From Candidatus Bathyarchaeota archaeon (GTDB taxonomy: Archaea > Thermoproteota > Bathyarchaeia > TCS64), in assembly GCA_963769425.1 (NCBI GenBank), contig CAVYLP010000006.1, positions 608,001 to 672,000 on the forward strand: 64,000 nt of DNA. Direction: 5' to 3'. The notes under the pieces were generated by a model. The model was not told where the DNA came from. It did not search any database and was given only the letters and a program-made list of their open reading frames with translations. Shown here one piece after another: positions 47,757 through 57,950 of this stretch. Each line of letters starts with the position of its first letter. The first letter of the stretch is position 1. Position numbers and translations under genes: made by a program.

Positions 47757-48472
47757 AGCCTTTCCGCTATCTCAGGGATCGTCAGTACTTCGCTGAGCCT
47801 CTTTATCGTGTAGTCGGGGGTTACTCCCTCTGCATCGGGCTCCCTGACCCTTACCCACACCGCCTTCATCCCAGCGGCCTTAGCCCCGGCGATGTCCGTC
47901 CTAAGCAGGTCACCGATGTGCATGGCTTCGCCCGCATTGACGCCGAGCCCTTTCAACGCCGAGTCGAATGCCTCTCTCCGCGGTTTGCATATCCCAGTCT
48001 CGTCAGAGAAGATCGTGGTCGTGAAGTACCTCAGAATGCCGTCCTCGTCGAGGAGCTTCTTGATCTTTTCCCCCGAGGTGACTCCAAGTGTCGCTTATTA
48101 TACCCCGCTTGAAGCGTGTAGATAACCTGGCAACAGTTTCCGCTGCGCTGTCTGTGAGGGGTGGCGTCTCATCGAGAATTATATCACCAAACTTTTCCAT
48201 GACAGCCTTCTTGAGGGCCGGGCTCAATGTTGCCCTGACATCCCTTAGGATGCCGTCTATGCGCTCGGTGAGCGGGTAGTGGCAGTACTCTTTGGACCAG
48301 AGCTGGTCGTGTTTCCTCTGGGCGGAGGTATATGCCCTCTCCAAAGTCCTCCTCGTAGACCTGCTGCCCCTCGATGCCGAGTGCCTCGGTGAGGATTGTT
48401 AGCCTTGCCTTGGTGAAGCTCTTCTCGACGAGGAGGGTGTTCCAGAGGTCGAAGGGTTATTGCCCTGATCAT
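47753..48472 (-). pseudogene. HAD-superfamily hydrolase with about three frameshifts
   Basis: MIRAIT/FDLWNTL motif I, GIISDT, FSDETG.CKP, MHIGDLLRTDIAGAKAAGM in different frames. Confidence 0.8.
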
Positions 48473-48499
48473 TTCGCCCTAGGTGATGCGGGTCTGCCT

Positions 48500-48744
48500 G
48501 CTAGATAAGCGGATTCCTCAATAGCCGTGTGGGCAGGGTAGGACCTCGTCGTATCCCTGTGGGTAGTTCTTGACAGCGCTGTGGACGGGGCATCTAGAGC
48601 GGTAGTAGGGTAGCTCCCCCCTCCAACCAGGCTGATGAGGAAGCCGAGGAACTCGGCGTCGCTGCGCCTGTGCTTGAGTATCTCGGGGATAGATGGTTAC
48701 TGGAGTATCTCCTTGATGGGTTCTTTCTCCTCGACCCTGCTCAA
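48500..48744 (-). pseudogene. Degraded small Cys/His-containing hypothetical gene
   Basis: Fragments MSRVEEKEPIKEILQ ... ELPYYRSRCPVHSAVKNYPQGYDEVLPCPH broken by stops and indels. Confidence 0.4.
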
Positions 48745-48817
48745 GATACCACTTATTCGTAATAGTGGTTGAAGGTAAACGGTATTAACGGTGTTTGTCG
48801 CGACTTGGTACAGTTTT

Positions 48818-48892
48818 TGGTGCGACCGCCGGGATTTGAACCCGGGTTACTGGCTTGGAAGGCCAGAATCCTAACCACTAGACTACAGTCGC
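48818..48892 (-). tRNA. tRNA-Gly (TCC)
   Basis: GCGACTG acceptor, CTGGC-CT TCC AA-GCCAG, CCGGG TTCAAAT CCCGG, ACCA end. Confidence 0.96.
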
Positions 48893-48925
48893 CCGGGAAT
48901 TGTGTTATGTGGGTCGTTAAAATGC

Positions 48926-49405
48926 TTAGCCCTCGACGGGGATGAGTATCTCGGTTGTCCAGACTTCCTGGGCGTCCTCGTCGATGAAGCTGCCTTCGCT
49001 GAGACCGAAGGTGTCGGGTTGGTAGACTGCCTCCATGTGGCAGAAGTGGTGTGTAGCGGGCTTTAGGCCGCGCTGCTGCAGGTGTTTCTGGAGTTCCTCG
49101 TAGTAGTACTCGAATGGGTGGTTAGCGCCACTGTAGACTATGAAGCCGGCCCTGAGTTCGGGTAGTTTCTTGGTCTTGAGGCCAGGGACGTCCTTGTCGA
49201 CGGGGACGAGTACATCCCTTCTGCAGCCCTGTTTGTCCTTTGGGTCGTAGTAGATGATCATGGTTGGGTCGCTGACCCTCGCACCCTTCTCGTGGGCCTC
49301 GGCGTTGAGTTTGGCGAAGGCCTCGGCCTCGTTTTCGCCGGGTTTGAGTTCGTGGTAGGCGACGAGCTGGTTGGTGAGGGTTTTGACGCCTATCTTTACT
49401 ATCAT
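48926..49405 (-). CDS. GyrI-like small-molecule-binding domain protein
   Basis: MIIYYDP, YYEELQKHL, MEAVY, WTTEILIPV. Confidence 0.7.
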   Translation of the reverse strand: MIVKIGVKTLTNQLVAYHELKPGENEAEAFAKLNAEAHEKGARVSDPTMIIYYDPKDKQGCRRDVLVPVDKDVPGLKTKKLPELRAGFIVYSGANHPFEYYYEELQKHLQQRGLKPATHHFCHMEAVYQPDTFGLSEGSFIDEDAQEVWTTEILIPVEG

Positions 49406-49439
49406 TGTGGGTGGCTACATCCGCGGCGGCTTAAAACCT

Positions 49440-50405
49440 TTAGGCGTAGAGGTTTATCGGCTTCTCCCGTCGGCTCAGGAGGACGATGTTGCTCTCGTAC
49501 TGCTCGTCTATGGCGGAGTAGCCGGTCTCCTCCGAGAGCTTGCCTGCGAATGCCTTGATCTGTTCGAAGTTTGCCATCTCATCGTAGGCGAAGCGTTGGC
49601 GGGCGAATCCGACGCTCATGGCGCCCTTGGGCTCGATGTAGGTTGGCTCGGCTCTGAGGGTGAGTTTGGCGTAGCCGCGTACGTTGTTCATGTTGAGCTT
49701 GGGGACGAGTGTCTGGCGGATGACGGTTGGGCAGCGGAAGCTGTGGAGGAGGTCGAGGGTCTCCATCACCTTTCCCCACGCGTCGGGGACCATGGGGCGA
49801 CACGTGGCAGCGTAGGTCTCCTCGTCGGGGGCGCAGAGGCTGACGTATAATTGGCTGGGCTCGGTGCCGAGGCTTCTTAATGCCTCGGGGTCGGTGCCGT
49901 TTGTGACTATGAAGACGGTGCGGAAGCCGTGATTCTTGAAGCTCTGAACGAGGTCACCGAGGCCATCGTATAGTGTGGGCTCCCCCTCAAGGCTTATGGC
50001 GGCGTGGACGGGGTCGAGCGCCTCCTTTAGGAATTTTTCGGAGACCTTGGGGTTTCCGCCCCAACCGTAGATGAGCTTACGGTGGGCCGCGATGGCTCCC
50101 TCGACGATTTCGTCGGGGTCATCTCCCCCCTTTATGGGCTGGGTCTGCTCCCATCCGACGCCGAGTGTCTCCGGTGTGGCGCGCCAACAGAAAACGCAGC
50201 TCTGCGTGCAGTGGCCGAGGCTCGGCGTCATCTGTAGGCATCGATGTGTGGGGACGCCGTAGAACCTCTGCTTGTAGCAGTGCTCCACCCCGCCTGTGCG
50301 GAGGGCCTTCCCAACCCAGGTGCAGGTCTTCACCGCGCTGTGGTCCCCCACGAGCCTGTAGCGCTGCCTCACGTACCGTGACCGAAGCTCCCCGGGAACG
50401 CTCAC
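49440..50405 (-). CDS. taw1: 4-demethylwyosine synthase (radical SAM, Taw1/TYW1)
   Basis: HSAVKTCTW, CYKQRFYG..THRCLQMTP, CTQSCVFCWR, AISLEGEPTLY. Confidence 0.95.
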   Translation of the reverse strand: MSVPGELRSRYVRQRYRLVGDHSAVKTCTWVGKALRTGGVEHCYKQRFYGVPTHRCLQMTPSLGHCTQSCVFCWRATPETLGVGWEQTQPIKGGDDPDEIVEGAIAAHRKLIYGWGGNPKVSEKFLKEALDPVHAAISLEGEPTLYDGLGDLVQSFKNHGFRTVFIVTNGTDPEALRSLGTEPSQLYVSLCAPDEETYAATCRPMVPDAWGKVMETLDLLHSFRCPTVIRQTLVPKLNMNNVRGYAKLTLRAEPTYIEPKGAMSVGFARQRFAYDEMANFEQIKAFAGKLSEETGYSAIDEQYESNIVLLSRREKPINLYA

Positions 50406-50459
50406 AAGCCTAGACTCGGGTGAGGCTGCTTATATCCGAGTCGAAACAGGCTTGAAGCC

Positions 50460-51419
50460 ATGAAATCGAGAGCGAAAGCCTTCAGGAGGCTCCTCGAGGG
50501 GGAGAAACTGTTCATGAGGCCGTGCGCCTACGACGCTTTATCGGCGGTGCTCATAGAGCAGGTGGGCTTCGAGGTCATCGGCACGACGGGGTACGGGATC
50601 GCCGCGTCCCTCGTGGGGCAGCCGGACATCGGCCTAGTCGGCTACGCAGAGATGCTTGAGAGGAGCAGAACGATAGTAAACGCCGTAGGGTTGCCTGTTG
50701 ATGTCGACGTTGACACGGGCTACGGCAACGCGATGAACGTCTACTGGACTGTGCAAAACTTCTCACGGGTCGGCGCTGCCGGTGTGAGGGTCGAGGATCA
50801 GGAGTGGCCTAAGCGTTGCGGCCACATGGCTGGGAAGAGTATAGTCTCCGGCGACGAGATGCGGGGGAAGATCAGGGCAGCCGTGAAGGCGCGCGACGAG
50901 GAGGACTCGGACATGGTCATAGGGGCGAGGACTGACGCCCGATCCATCGCCAGCTTCGAGGAGACGGTGAAGCGGGCCGAGTCATACGCTGAGGCGGGGG
51001 CTGACTACGTCTACGTCGAGGCTCCGCAGAGCCTAGACGAGGTTGAAAAGCTGGTGAAGAGGATACCGGCGCCTCTCGCTTTCAACATCATCCCCGGTGG
51101 CAAAACGCCACCGTTCAAGATCGAGGAACTTGAGGCACGTGGAGTGAGGTACCTAAGTATACCCATGACCTGCCTCTACCCCGCTGCAAAGGCGATGCAG
51201 GCGGCCCTAAAGGAGCTGAGGACGACTCATGACCTCGAGAAGATCGCGTCCATGGGCGTTAGCTGGGCTGAGTTCAACGAGATAGTCGGCCACACGCGGT
51301 GGAGGAGGCTGGAGCTGGAGAACCTCAGCGAGGCGGAGCTTAAGATAAAGTACGGATCCTCAGACCTCGAAGAAATAACGCGGAAGGAGACCGAGGCCGC
51401 GAAGAAGTGGAAGAAGTAG
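50460..51419 (+). CDS. Isocitrate lyase/PEP mutase family protein (methylisocitrate lyase-like)
   Basis: YDALSA, DVDTGYG, EDQEWPKRCGH, ARTDA. Confidence 0.9.
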   Translation: MKSRAKAFRRLLEGEKLFMRPCAYDALSAVLIEQVGFEVIGTTGYGIAASLVGQPDIGLVGYAEMLERSRTIVNAVGLPVDVDVDTGYGNAMNVYWTVQNFSRVGAAGVRVEDQEWPKRCGHMAGKSIVSGDEMRGKIRAAVKARDEEDSDMVIGARTDARSIASFEETVKRAESYAEAGADYVYVEAPQSLDEVEKLVKRIPAPLAFNIIPGGKTPPFKIEELEARGVRYLSIPMTCLYPAAKAMQAALKELRTTHDLEKIASMGVSWAEFNEIVGHTRWRRLELENLSEAELKIKYGSSDLEEITRKETEAAKKWKK

Positions 51420-51420
51420 A

Positions 51421-52596
51421 CTACTTAGCCTTCACCAGCAGGGCGGAGCCGAGGCATAGGGCGGCGAACAGCGCCATCGAGAGGATGCTCAACGAGTAGG
51501 AGCCCGTCGAGTCGAGAATCACACCGGCGAGGGGCTGCGTCGCGGCTATCCCTATGTTCCCGCATATACCGAGTACGGCGAAGCCTATGCCCGCCTTGCT
51601 CGGCCCGAGTATCTCCGATGGCAATGTCTGAATGTTCCCGGGCATCATCGCGGAGACTAGACCGATGGCAACTATGCCCCCGATCAAAATGATTCCAGAT
51701 GAGTACGCGGCGGCCACCTCGGTGAGGCAGAGGAGGGCGGCCCCCGCCACAATGAACACCTTCCTCTTACCGATCCTATCCGACAACGTCCCGTAGATCG
51801 GGACGGCGAAGAGGGATATCCAGCTCAGCAGGCTGGCGTAGAAGCTCGCCTCCACCGGTGTGAAGCCCTTGTAGGTGGTCAGCAGCGTTGGGGCCCATGT
51901 GTTAAAGGAGAGAATGGCCCCATTGAAGAATAGCCAGATTATCCCCACCTTCCACACCTCGGCGTTCTTAAATGAGGATAAGCCGCTGAATCCGCCTCCT
52001 CGGGTCGACATCGGGCCATCCCTGACTATAAGTACGTAGACGGCTGTGGCGACGACCCCGATGGCGAGGCTCACGTAGAACGCGGAGCGCCACCCGTAGG
52101 TCACTGCGAGTGTCCCCGCCGTCGGGAAGGCGACTATTGTAGCGATCGGCATACTGACGGTGAAGACCCCCATTGCCTTGCCGAGCTCCGCCCTGTTGAA
52201 CCACTGGGGCACGATTGCAGGCGTCACTATGAGTATCAGGGAGCCGCCGATTCCGAGGATGAGCCTTGCAATTAGTAGCGCAGTGAAGGAGTCCGCCGTA
52301 GCCGTAAGCAGGGAGCTTATCACCACGCAGACGAGGGCGACGCCGCCCGTGACCCGGGCTCCGTACCTCTCCATGGCGATGCTTACGGGGATACTGAGGA
52401 TGATCCCCGGGAGGAGGACGAACGACATCAAGAGCCCCGCCTCCGCGTTGCTGACGCTGAACTCTTGCACGATCGAAGTCATCAGCGGCGGCACCACCTG
52501 GAGCCCGAAGGCGTAGGCCACGTAGGCGAGGAGAGAAGCTAGGAGCATTGCCCACTTGAGGCGCTGGGATACCGCGCCGGCGGCACCATCGACCAT
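51421..52596 (-). CDS. MFS transporter
   Basis: About 12 TM segments; ERYGAR and GTLSDRIGKRK motifs. Confidence 0.88.
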   Translation of the reverse strand: MVDGAAGAVSQRLKWAMLLASLLAYVAYAFGLQVVPPLMTSIVQEFSVSNAEAGLLMSFVLLPGIILSIPVSIAMERYGARVTGGVALVCVVISSLLTATADSFTALLIARLILGIGGSLILIVTPAIVPQWFNRAELGKAMGVFTVSMPIATIVAFPTAGTLAVTYGWRSAFYVSLAIGVVATAVYVLIVRDGPMSTRGGGFSGLSSFKNAEVWKVGIIWLFFNGAILSFNTWAPTLLTTYKGFTPVEASFYASLLSWISLFAVPIYGTLSDRIGKRKVFIVAGAALLCLTEVAAAYSSGIILIGGIVAIGLVSAMMPGNIQTLPSEILGPSKAGIGFAVLGICGNIGIAATQPLAGVILDSTGSYSLSILSMALFAALCLGSALLVKAK

Positions 52597-52647
52597 GACC
52601 CTACCAAATGCGCGTCAAAAATTAGAACCCTTCTAAGGGGGGTGGGG

Positions 52648-54183
52648 TCAAAAGCCGTAGATTTTCCCGTACTTCTTGGCGAGGTAGGCGATGAAGGGCT
52701 TCACGGTGAGGTTCTCGCCGGTGACCTCCTTGACGAGGTCGGCTGGGTCGTAGAGGTTGCCTTTCTGGTGGACGTTCTCCACGAGCCACCCCTTTACGGG
52801 CTGAAAGTTACCCTTCCTCAGCTCCTTCTTCCAAGGGGGGACGTCCCTCCTGAGCTTCTTCAGGAACATTCCGCCGTAGATGTTACCGAGGGCGTAGCTG
52901 GGGAAGTAGCCATAGAGGCCGCTCGCCCAGTGGGTGTCCTGCATCACGCCCTCTGAGTCGTTCTCGATCTCTACGCCAAGGTACTTGTCGTACTTCTCGT
53001 TCCACGCGCGGGGTAGCTCATTGACCTTAAGCTTGCCCGAGAAGATGTCCCTTTCCATCTCGAAGCGTATGATTATATGGAGCCCATAGGTGACCTCGTC
53101 GGCCTCGATCCTGATCTTGCTCGACTCGACCGTGTTCACGGCGGCGACGAAGTCGGCGAGCTTGACCCCCGTGAGGGGCTTCCCGACGATCTTCTTGAGC
53201 CGTGGGAGCATGTAGCTGAGGAACTCTGGGCTGTGGCCCACCATGTTCTCCACGAATCTGCTCTGGCTCTCATGTATGCCGAAGCTGGAGGCTCCGCCTA
53301 CGGGCTGGTACATCCACGCCTGTGGGAGGTTCTGCTCGTAGAGGGCATGTCCTCCCTCATGCATCACGCTGTAGAGACTCGAAGGCCACCTGTCCTCGTA
53401 GTAGTGGGTGGTTATGCGGACATCATCGTAGTAGCCGGTTGTGAATGGGTGCTCCGTCTCGTCGAGGCGTCCTCCCGCGTTGGGGCCCTTCGTGTCGTAG
53501 CCAATGAACTCCATCGCGGCGTCGCTAATCTTCTTCTGCACCTCTATCGGGACGGGGCGGCTCAGTATCGAGGTATCTGGCTTGTAGCCGGACTTCTCCA
53601 CCTTCTTCATGACATCGATGAGGCCCAACCGCATACCGTCGAAGGTCTTAGTGATCTTGTCGGCGGTCATCTTCGACTCGAAGGAGTCGAGGAGGGCGTC
53701 GTAGGGGGTCTTCGTCCCCTTGACCTCCATGAGTATATCCGCGGCCTTCTGGCGGAGCTCGATCATCTTCTTCAGATCGGGCCGGAACATCTTGTAGTCC
53801 TTCGCGACCTTCGCCTTCTTCCAGACCCCGACGGCTATCGTCTGCTGCTTCGCCGTCTCGAAGACCAGCTCCTCGGGGAGCTTCGTCGCCTCGTCATACG
53901 CCTTGCGGGCGAGGTAGACGTTGCGCCTCTGGACCTGGTCCACGTCGACGTAACCGGGGTCCTTCTCGATGGACTCAATGGTCTTCCCGACTCGCGGGTC
54001 GGTGAGCATCTTGTGGCCCGTGAGCTCGAGTTGGGCTACCTGCTGACTTCGGAGGTTCAATGCCTTGGGGGGCATCTTAGTCTCCATGTCCCAGCTGACG
54101 AGAGCCGTGGTCGAGTTTAGGATGGCGAGTTCCTTCGACTCGGAGAGGAGCTCGTCGTAAGCCTTTTGCAGGTTCGTATTCAT
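52648..54183 (-). CDS. Carboxypeptidase M32
   Basis: HPF, DVRITT, HEGGHALYEQ, HESQSR, IRIEADE, QDTHW, GYFPSYALG. Confidence 0.96.
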   Translation of the reverse strand: MNTNLQKAYDELLSESKELAILNSTTALVSWDMETKMPPKALNLRSQQVAQLELTGHKMLTDPRVGKTIESIEKDPGYVDVDQVQRRNVYLARKAYDEATKLPEELVFETAKQQTIAVGVWKKAKVAKDYKMFRPDLKKMIELRQKAADILMEVKGTKTPYDALLDSFESKMTADKITKTFDGMRLGLIDVMKKVEKSGYKPDTSILSRPVPIEVQKKISDAAMEFIGYDTKGPNAGGRLDETEHPFTTGYYDDVRITTHYYEDRWPSSLYSVMHEGGHALYEQNLPQAWMYQPVGGASSFGIHESQSRFVENMVGHSPEFLSYMLPRLKKIVGKPLTGVKLADFVAAVNTVESSKIRIEADEVTYGLHIIIRFEMERDIFSGKLKVNELPRAWNEKYDKYLGVEIENDSEGVMQDTHWASGLYGYFPSYALGNIYGGMFLKKLRRDVPPWKKELRKGNFQPVKGWLVENVHQKGNLYDPADLVKEVTGENLTVKPFIAYLAKKYGKIYGF

Positions 54184-54231
54184 AATGTGATATTTCTTGC
54201 CTGAGGCTTTATCCTTTTTCAAAAAAAGGTG

Positions 54232-55362
54232 CTACTTGATGAGGTAGTCGTCGAGGTGGTCCTTGGCTTTCTCCCTCTTCTCCTGGAAGTCGACGAGGAA
54301 AATTTTCACCATCTTGGCGAGGCGCGCCTTGCAGTCGCCACAGACGAGGGCGCCGGCGCGGCACTCCGTCTCTATCTCCGCCAGCTTCTTGTCCTCCTCC
54401 TCGAATAGGTAGTAGTAGTAGGCGTAGATGTTGCAGGCCTCTGGGCGTCCTCCGCGCTCCCTCTGGAGCTTTATCGTCTCCCTGCCCCCCGTGTAGGCGG
54501 CCATGACCTTCTTCGCCGCGGCCTCGGGCTTATCCGTGGTGAAGATAGCCGACTCCGGCTGGCTGGCGCTCATCTTGCCTCCCTGAGTGAGAGGCGGGAG
54601 GAACTTGTTGTGTATCTGCGTCGGCTTAGTGTAGCCCATCTTCTCCGCGATGTCGCGGGTCATGCGCCAGTATGGGTCCTGGTCGATGGCCGCCGGGATC
54701 AGGCACGCCACGTTGCGCCCCTCGCGGTAGCTCTGCAGGAAGCACGTCATCGCCTGAAGGGCTGGGTACCAAGTGAGGCCGATGTTGTCGGAGTCGGTGA
54801 AACCAAAGACAGCCTTCACCGTGCTCATGGTTATCCTCTTCGACACCTGGAGGCCCAGCTTGTAGATGTGCCCGATGTGGTCGGTGTCGCTGAAGATGTG
54901 TGTCAGCTCAGGCTGCACACCGCAGGCGATGACATCCAAGGCATTCTCGTAGGAGTAGGCGATGGTCTCGTCGAGTGTCAGGTCCTCCCTGTGCAGGAAC
55001 TTCTCGTCGTCGGTCATCTGGAAGTAGAGTTTGGCGTTGTACGCCTTCTGGAGGTAGGCGCAGAAGAACCATGGCAGCAGGTGGCCTAGGTGGACGCCGC
55101 CTGAGGGGCCGCGGCCCGTGTAAAGGCCGACTGGGCGCCCCGCGTCGTGCTCGTTCAGCCACCAGTCTAGGTCCCTGTGGCTGAAGTATACGTCTCGGCG
55201 GAGCTGCATGTGCATGAAGCCCGCTTGTTTGGCGATCCGCTCCTTTAGCTCCTCCGTGAGTGGCTGGGTGCCGAAGCGCTCGATGAGCTTGTTGTAGTCT
55301 ATGTCACCCTTGACCTCCCACGGGGTCACGACCATGTTGCCGTTCTTGTTGTCTGCGCTCAA
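54232..55362 (-). CDS. trpS: Tryptophan--tRNA ligase
   Basis: VTPWEV, YTGRGPS, HLGH, AIDQDPY, KMSAS. Confidence 0.96.
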   Translation of the reverse strand: MSADNKNGNMVVTPWEVKGDIDYNKLIERFGTQPLTEELKERIAKQAGFMHMQLRRDVYFSHRDLDWWLNEHDAGRPVGLYTGRGPSGGVHLGHLLPWFFCAYLQKAYNAKLYFQMTDDEKFLHREDLTLDETIAYSYENALDVIACGVQPELTHIFSDTDHIGHIYKLGLQVSKRITMSTVKAVFGFTDSDNIGLTWYPALQAMTCFLQSYREGRNVACLIPAAIDQDPYWRMTRDIAEKMGYTKPTQIHNKFLPPLTQGGKMSASQPESAIFTTDKPEAAAKKVMAAYTGGRETIKLQRERGGRPEACNIYAYYYYLFEEEDKKLAEIETECRAGALVCGDCKARLAKMVKIFLVDFQEKREKAKDHLDDYLIK

Positions 55363-55540
55363 TTTCTCTGCCTCCTGCCGGTGGCGGCGTATGGGCTATC
55401 CCTGCAGCTCGCCCGGTTTAGAAGCTTTCTAGGAGCTAAGGGTTGTGTGACCTCGGCTAGGCTGAAACCCAGTCCAGTTGATACACGACCATCTCAGTCC
55501 CAGCCCACTAATGGTTTAGATTGGATAAAAAGGTTGTTGA

Positions 55541-56089
55541 CTAGGCTATCCTCTTCGTCATGATGAGGGCGTCTATGTAGGAACCCTCGTACTTTATGGC
55601 ATCGGGGATTTTTCCCGTGATATCGTAGCCGAGCTTCTCGTAGGTGTGTATGGCGCGTGCGTTGTTCTCGAAGACCTCCAGATCGACAACCTCGACGCCG
55701 AGGCGGCTAACCTGCCTCTCGGCCTCGAGCATCATCTCCTGCCCTATGCCCTGGTCCCTGTAGCCGTCGAGGAGGCTTATGCCGAGGGTGCCGAGGTGGC
55801 TTGAGTAGCCCCTCTTCGGCGTTATCTCGCAACTCCCCACCATCCGCCGATCGACCTCGGCGACGACGGCGACCATCTTATCCTTCTCAACGTTGCCGAG
55901 GAGGTTGCCGATCCAGGTGATCTCTGAGTCGCGTGTCTGCATCTCGTTCATCAGGATCATGGCCTTCTCCTCGACGAGGCTGTTGATGAAGTGAAGCATG
56001 TCGTCGAGGTCGGCCCACTTGGGGGCGCGAAGGGTAACTTTTCTGCCGTCGCGCGCCTTGAAGCTCCGGTAGACGGTCCCTTCCTTCAT
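55541..56089 (-). CDS. GNAT family N-acetyltransferase
   Basis: LGISL..YRDQGIG, LEVFENNARAIHTYEKLGY. Confidence 0.9.
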   Translation of the reverse strand: MKEGTVYRSFKARDGRKVTLRAPKWADLDDMLHFINSLVEEKAMILMNEMQTRDSEITWIGNLLGNVEKDKMVAVVAEVDRRMVGSCEITPKRGYSSHLGTLGISLLDGYRDQGIGQEMMLEAERQVSRLGVEVVDLEVFENNARAIHTYEKLGYDITGKIPDAIKYEGSYIDALIMTKRIA

Positions 56090-56128
56090 GGCTTACCAGC
56101 TCTGATTATGTTCGGAGTTGATTAAAAA

Positions 56129-56590
56129 TTACTTGATTATGTCGAGGAGGGCCTGCTCGAGTGTCTTGCCCGGCGGCGGGTTCTCGATGATCTCCCCGAC
56201 TCTTTCCCCCTTCTTGTCTACGACTACGATGTGTGGTATCTTTACGACTCCGAACTCCTCCACCTCAGGCGCACACGGTGGGATCGCCCACCTCCGGGTG
56301 TTACTCTTCGCGTCCCTCATCATATGACCGAAGACCCTCACGCTGAGCCCCGTCGCCTCGGCGAGCATGTCGAGGACTGGGACGTTTCTCATGCAGTCTG
56401 GGCACCACTCCGCGCTGAAGGCGACAAGGGTGTAGTCCTTCGCCTTCTTCTTCAGCTCCTTCACGACTGCTGTGTCGAGCTTGTACTCGGCGCGCCTCTT
56501 ATCGAAGCCGTCCTTCGCCTTGCTAGGAGCGGAGACGTAGTCGTGGACGGCCTCCGAGTTCTTTCTGATTTTTGATAAGTCGCAATTCAA
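56129..56590 (-). CDS. Thioredoxin family protein
   Basis: AEWCPDC, cis-Pro loop KIP, GEIIENP. Confidence 0.88.
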   Translation of the reverse strand: MNCDLSKIRKNSEAVHDYVSAPSKAKDGFDKRRAEYKLDTAVVKELKKKAKDYTLVAFSAEWCPDCMRNVPVLDMLAEATGLSVRVFGHMMRDAKSNTRRWAIPPCAPEVEEFGVVKIPHIVVVDKKGERVGEIIENPPPGKTLEQALLDIIK

Positions 56591-56639
56591 CTGGATTCAG
56601 GGGATGGGTTGTTTCTGTGGTTTAAAGAGGTTTAGCGGT

Positions 56640-57551
56640 CTACGCGGCAAGTTGCGGCATCATCAGCACGCCCTCGTCCTCGTGCCCTTTGACCCTAAGG
56701 TCCTCGAGCGGCACGCCAGCCCTTTTCCTGCTCCTGAAGACGCTTACTTCGCTGAAGCCTGACTTCTCTAGTAGGTCGAGCGCCTCGGGGATGTTGAAGC
56801 CGAGTGTCTTCGGTATATGTGTGTCGCTCCCGACGGTTATCGTCCTGACGCCCGCCTTGCGCGCCTCCCTGACGAAGTCGTTGACTGGGAAGAATGTGCC
56901 CGAGCCGTGGCGCGTGCTGCTCGTGTTTATCTCGAACCCTATGTTGTAGCTGGCGAGCCTGTCGAAGGAGTTGTAGATCGTCGGAGTGAAGTCCTCAAAG
57001 GTTAGGATCGGGTAGCCCAGCGATGGCAGGTACTTCTTGAAGTAGTCCGGGTGAGCCATCACGTCGAAGAGGCCGCTCTCGATCGCTTGGTTCCACACTC
57101 CGAGGTACTCGTTTATCGACTCCCGCAGCGGCCTCCCGCTGAAGAACTGCATCGCCTCTCCCCTGCTTGCTATGCTGAGCCCGTGTACGTGGTGGACGCT
57201 CCCGAGTATAAAGTCGAAGGGGTACTCCGTCAGAACTCTCTCGATGTTGCGCTCCTCCTCGGGGAAGTAGTCAACCTCGAGGCCTGCCCTCAGGGTCACG
57301 TCGGTGCCCTCCTGGGCGTCGAGTATCTCGTTGAGGTACTCGGGTATCTCTTCTGGCTGTATGCCGAAGCCGTGATCTATCCCACCCGTTATCATGTGGG
57401 TTGTGAACGTGACCTCGTCTATTCTCCTCGCCTCGGCGGTCTTTACAACTTCCCTTATGGACATCGCAGCTGCGTCTGAACTATGTCTCTCATGGACGTG
57501 GTAATCAAATGCTCTCTTATATTCGCTCATCTTCTTTTCTTGATACGACAC
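56640..57551 (-). CDS. PHP-family phosphatase (histidinol-phosphatase HisJ-like)
   Basis: DYHVH, GLEVDY, ILGSVH, MAHPD, EINTS, GSDTH. Confidence 0.88.
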   Translation of the reverse strand: MSYQEKKMSEYKRAFDYHVHERHSSDAAAMSIREVVKTAEARRIDEVTFTTHMITGGIDHGFGIQPEEIPEYLNEILDAQEGTDVTLRAGLEVDYFPEEERNIERVLTEYPFDFILGSVHHVHGLSIASRGEAMQFFSGRPLRESINEYLGVWNQAIESGLFDVMAHPDYFKKYLPSLGYPILTFEDFTPTIYNSFDRLASYNIGFEINTSSTRHGSGTFFPVNDFVREARKAGVRTITVGSDTHIPKTLGFNIPEALDLLEKSGFSEVSVFRSRKRAGVPLEDLRVKGHEDEGVLMMPQLAA

Positions 57552-57585
57552 TCACCGCCCTAAGCTATATTGTAATCTTATTTAT

Positions 57586-57612
57586 TATATAGATGAATCG
57601 TATATTATATAG
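57586..57612. promoter_or_regulatory. TATATAG repeat pair (20-bp period) upstream of the PHP gene
   Basis: TATATAG at 57586 and 57606. Confidence 0.45.
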
Positions 57613-57655
57613 AGAGTTTATCGAAGGACGAGCCGCTTTCCCGTCGAGGCATAGG

Positions 57656-57914
57656 TCAGAGACTCGCGATGTAGCTGGCGTGGTCCGCGACTCTCTCGAG
57701 GTACCTTACGGTGAGGGTGTATTCTATCATAGTCTTCAGGTCCGCCTGTGCCTTCTGTAAGTCCGCGGAGTCATCTTTTGTGCATTAGCAAGCTGCTTTG
57801 TGAGATTATCTATCTGCGCGTTGTAGCTTATGGGCCAGCTGCGAAGTAACCGACCGCGGCACTGACCACTAATCCGATTAGGATAAAGGCTGTGAACCTT
57901 GAACTATTATTCAT
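57656..57914 (-). pseudogene. Chimeric remnant: membrane-anchored protein 5' end joined to a PhoU 3' end
   Basis: MNNSSRFTAFILIGLVVSAAVGYFAAGP* then YNAQIDNLTKQLANAQK, then TLTVRYLERVADHASYIASL* (PhoU ERxADH motif). Confidence 0.7.
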
Positions 57915-57950
57915 TTTCCTTATTCTCCTCGGCCTAATCCACTCATGGAG

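Noticed and set aside
53077-54120. Long antisense or alternative-frame ORFs (also 5237-6097, 6201-7142, 29721-30572, 39746-40621, 61076-61897)
   Set aside because: Shadow ORFs expected from high GC3 codon bias over well-supported genes; no motifs
55363-55540. T-box or attenuator upstream of trpS
   Set aside because: No T-box consensus, Trp-codon leader peptide or terminator hairpin seen
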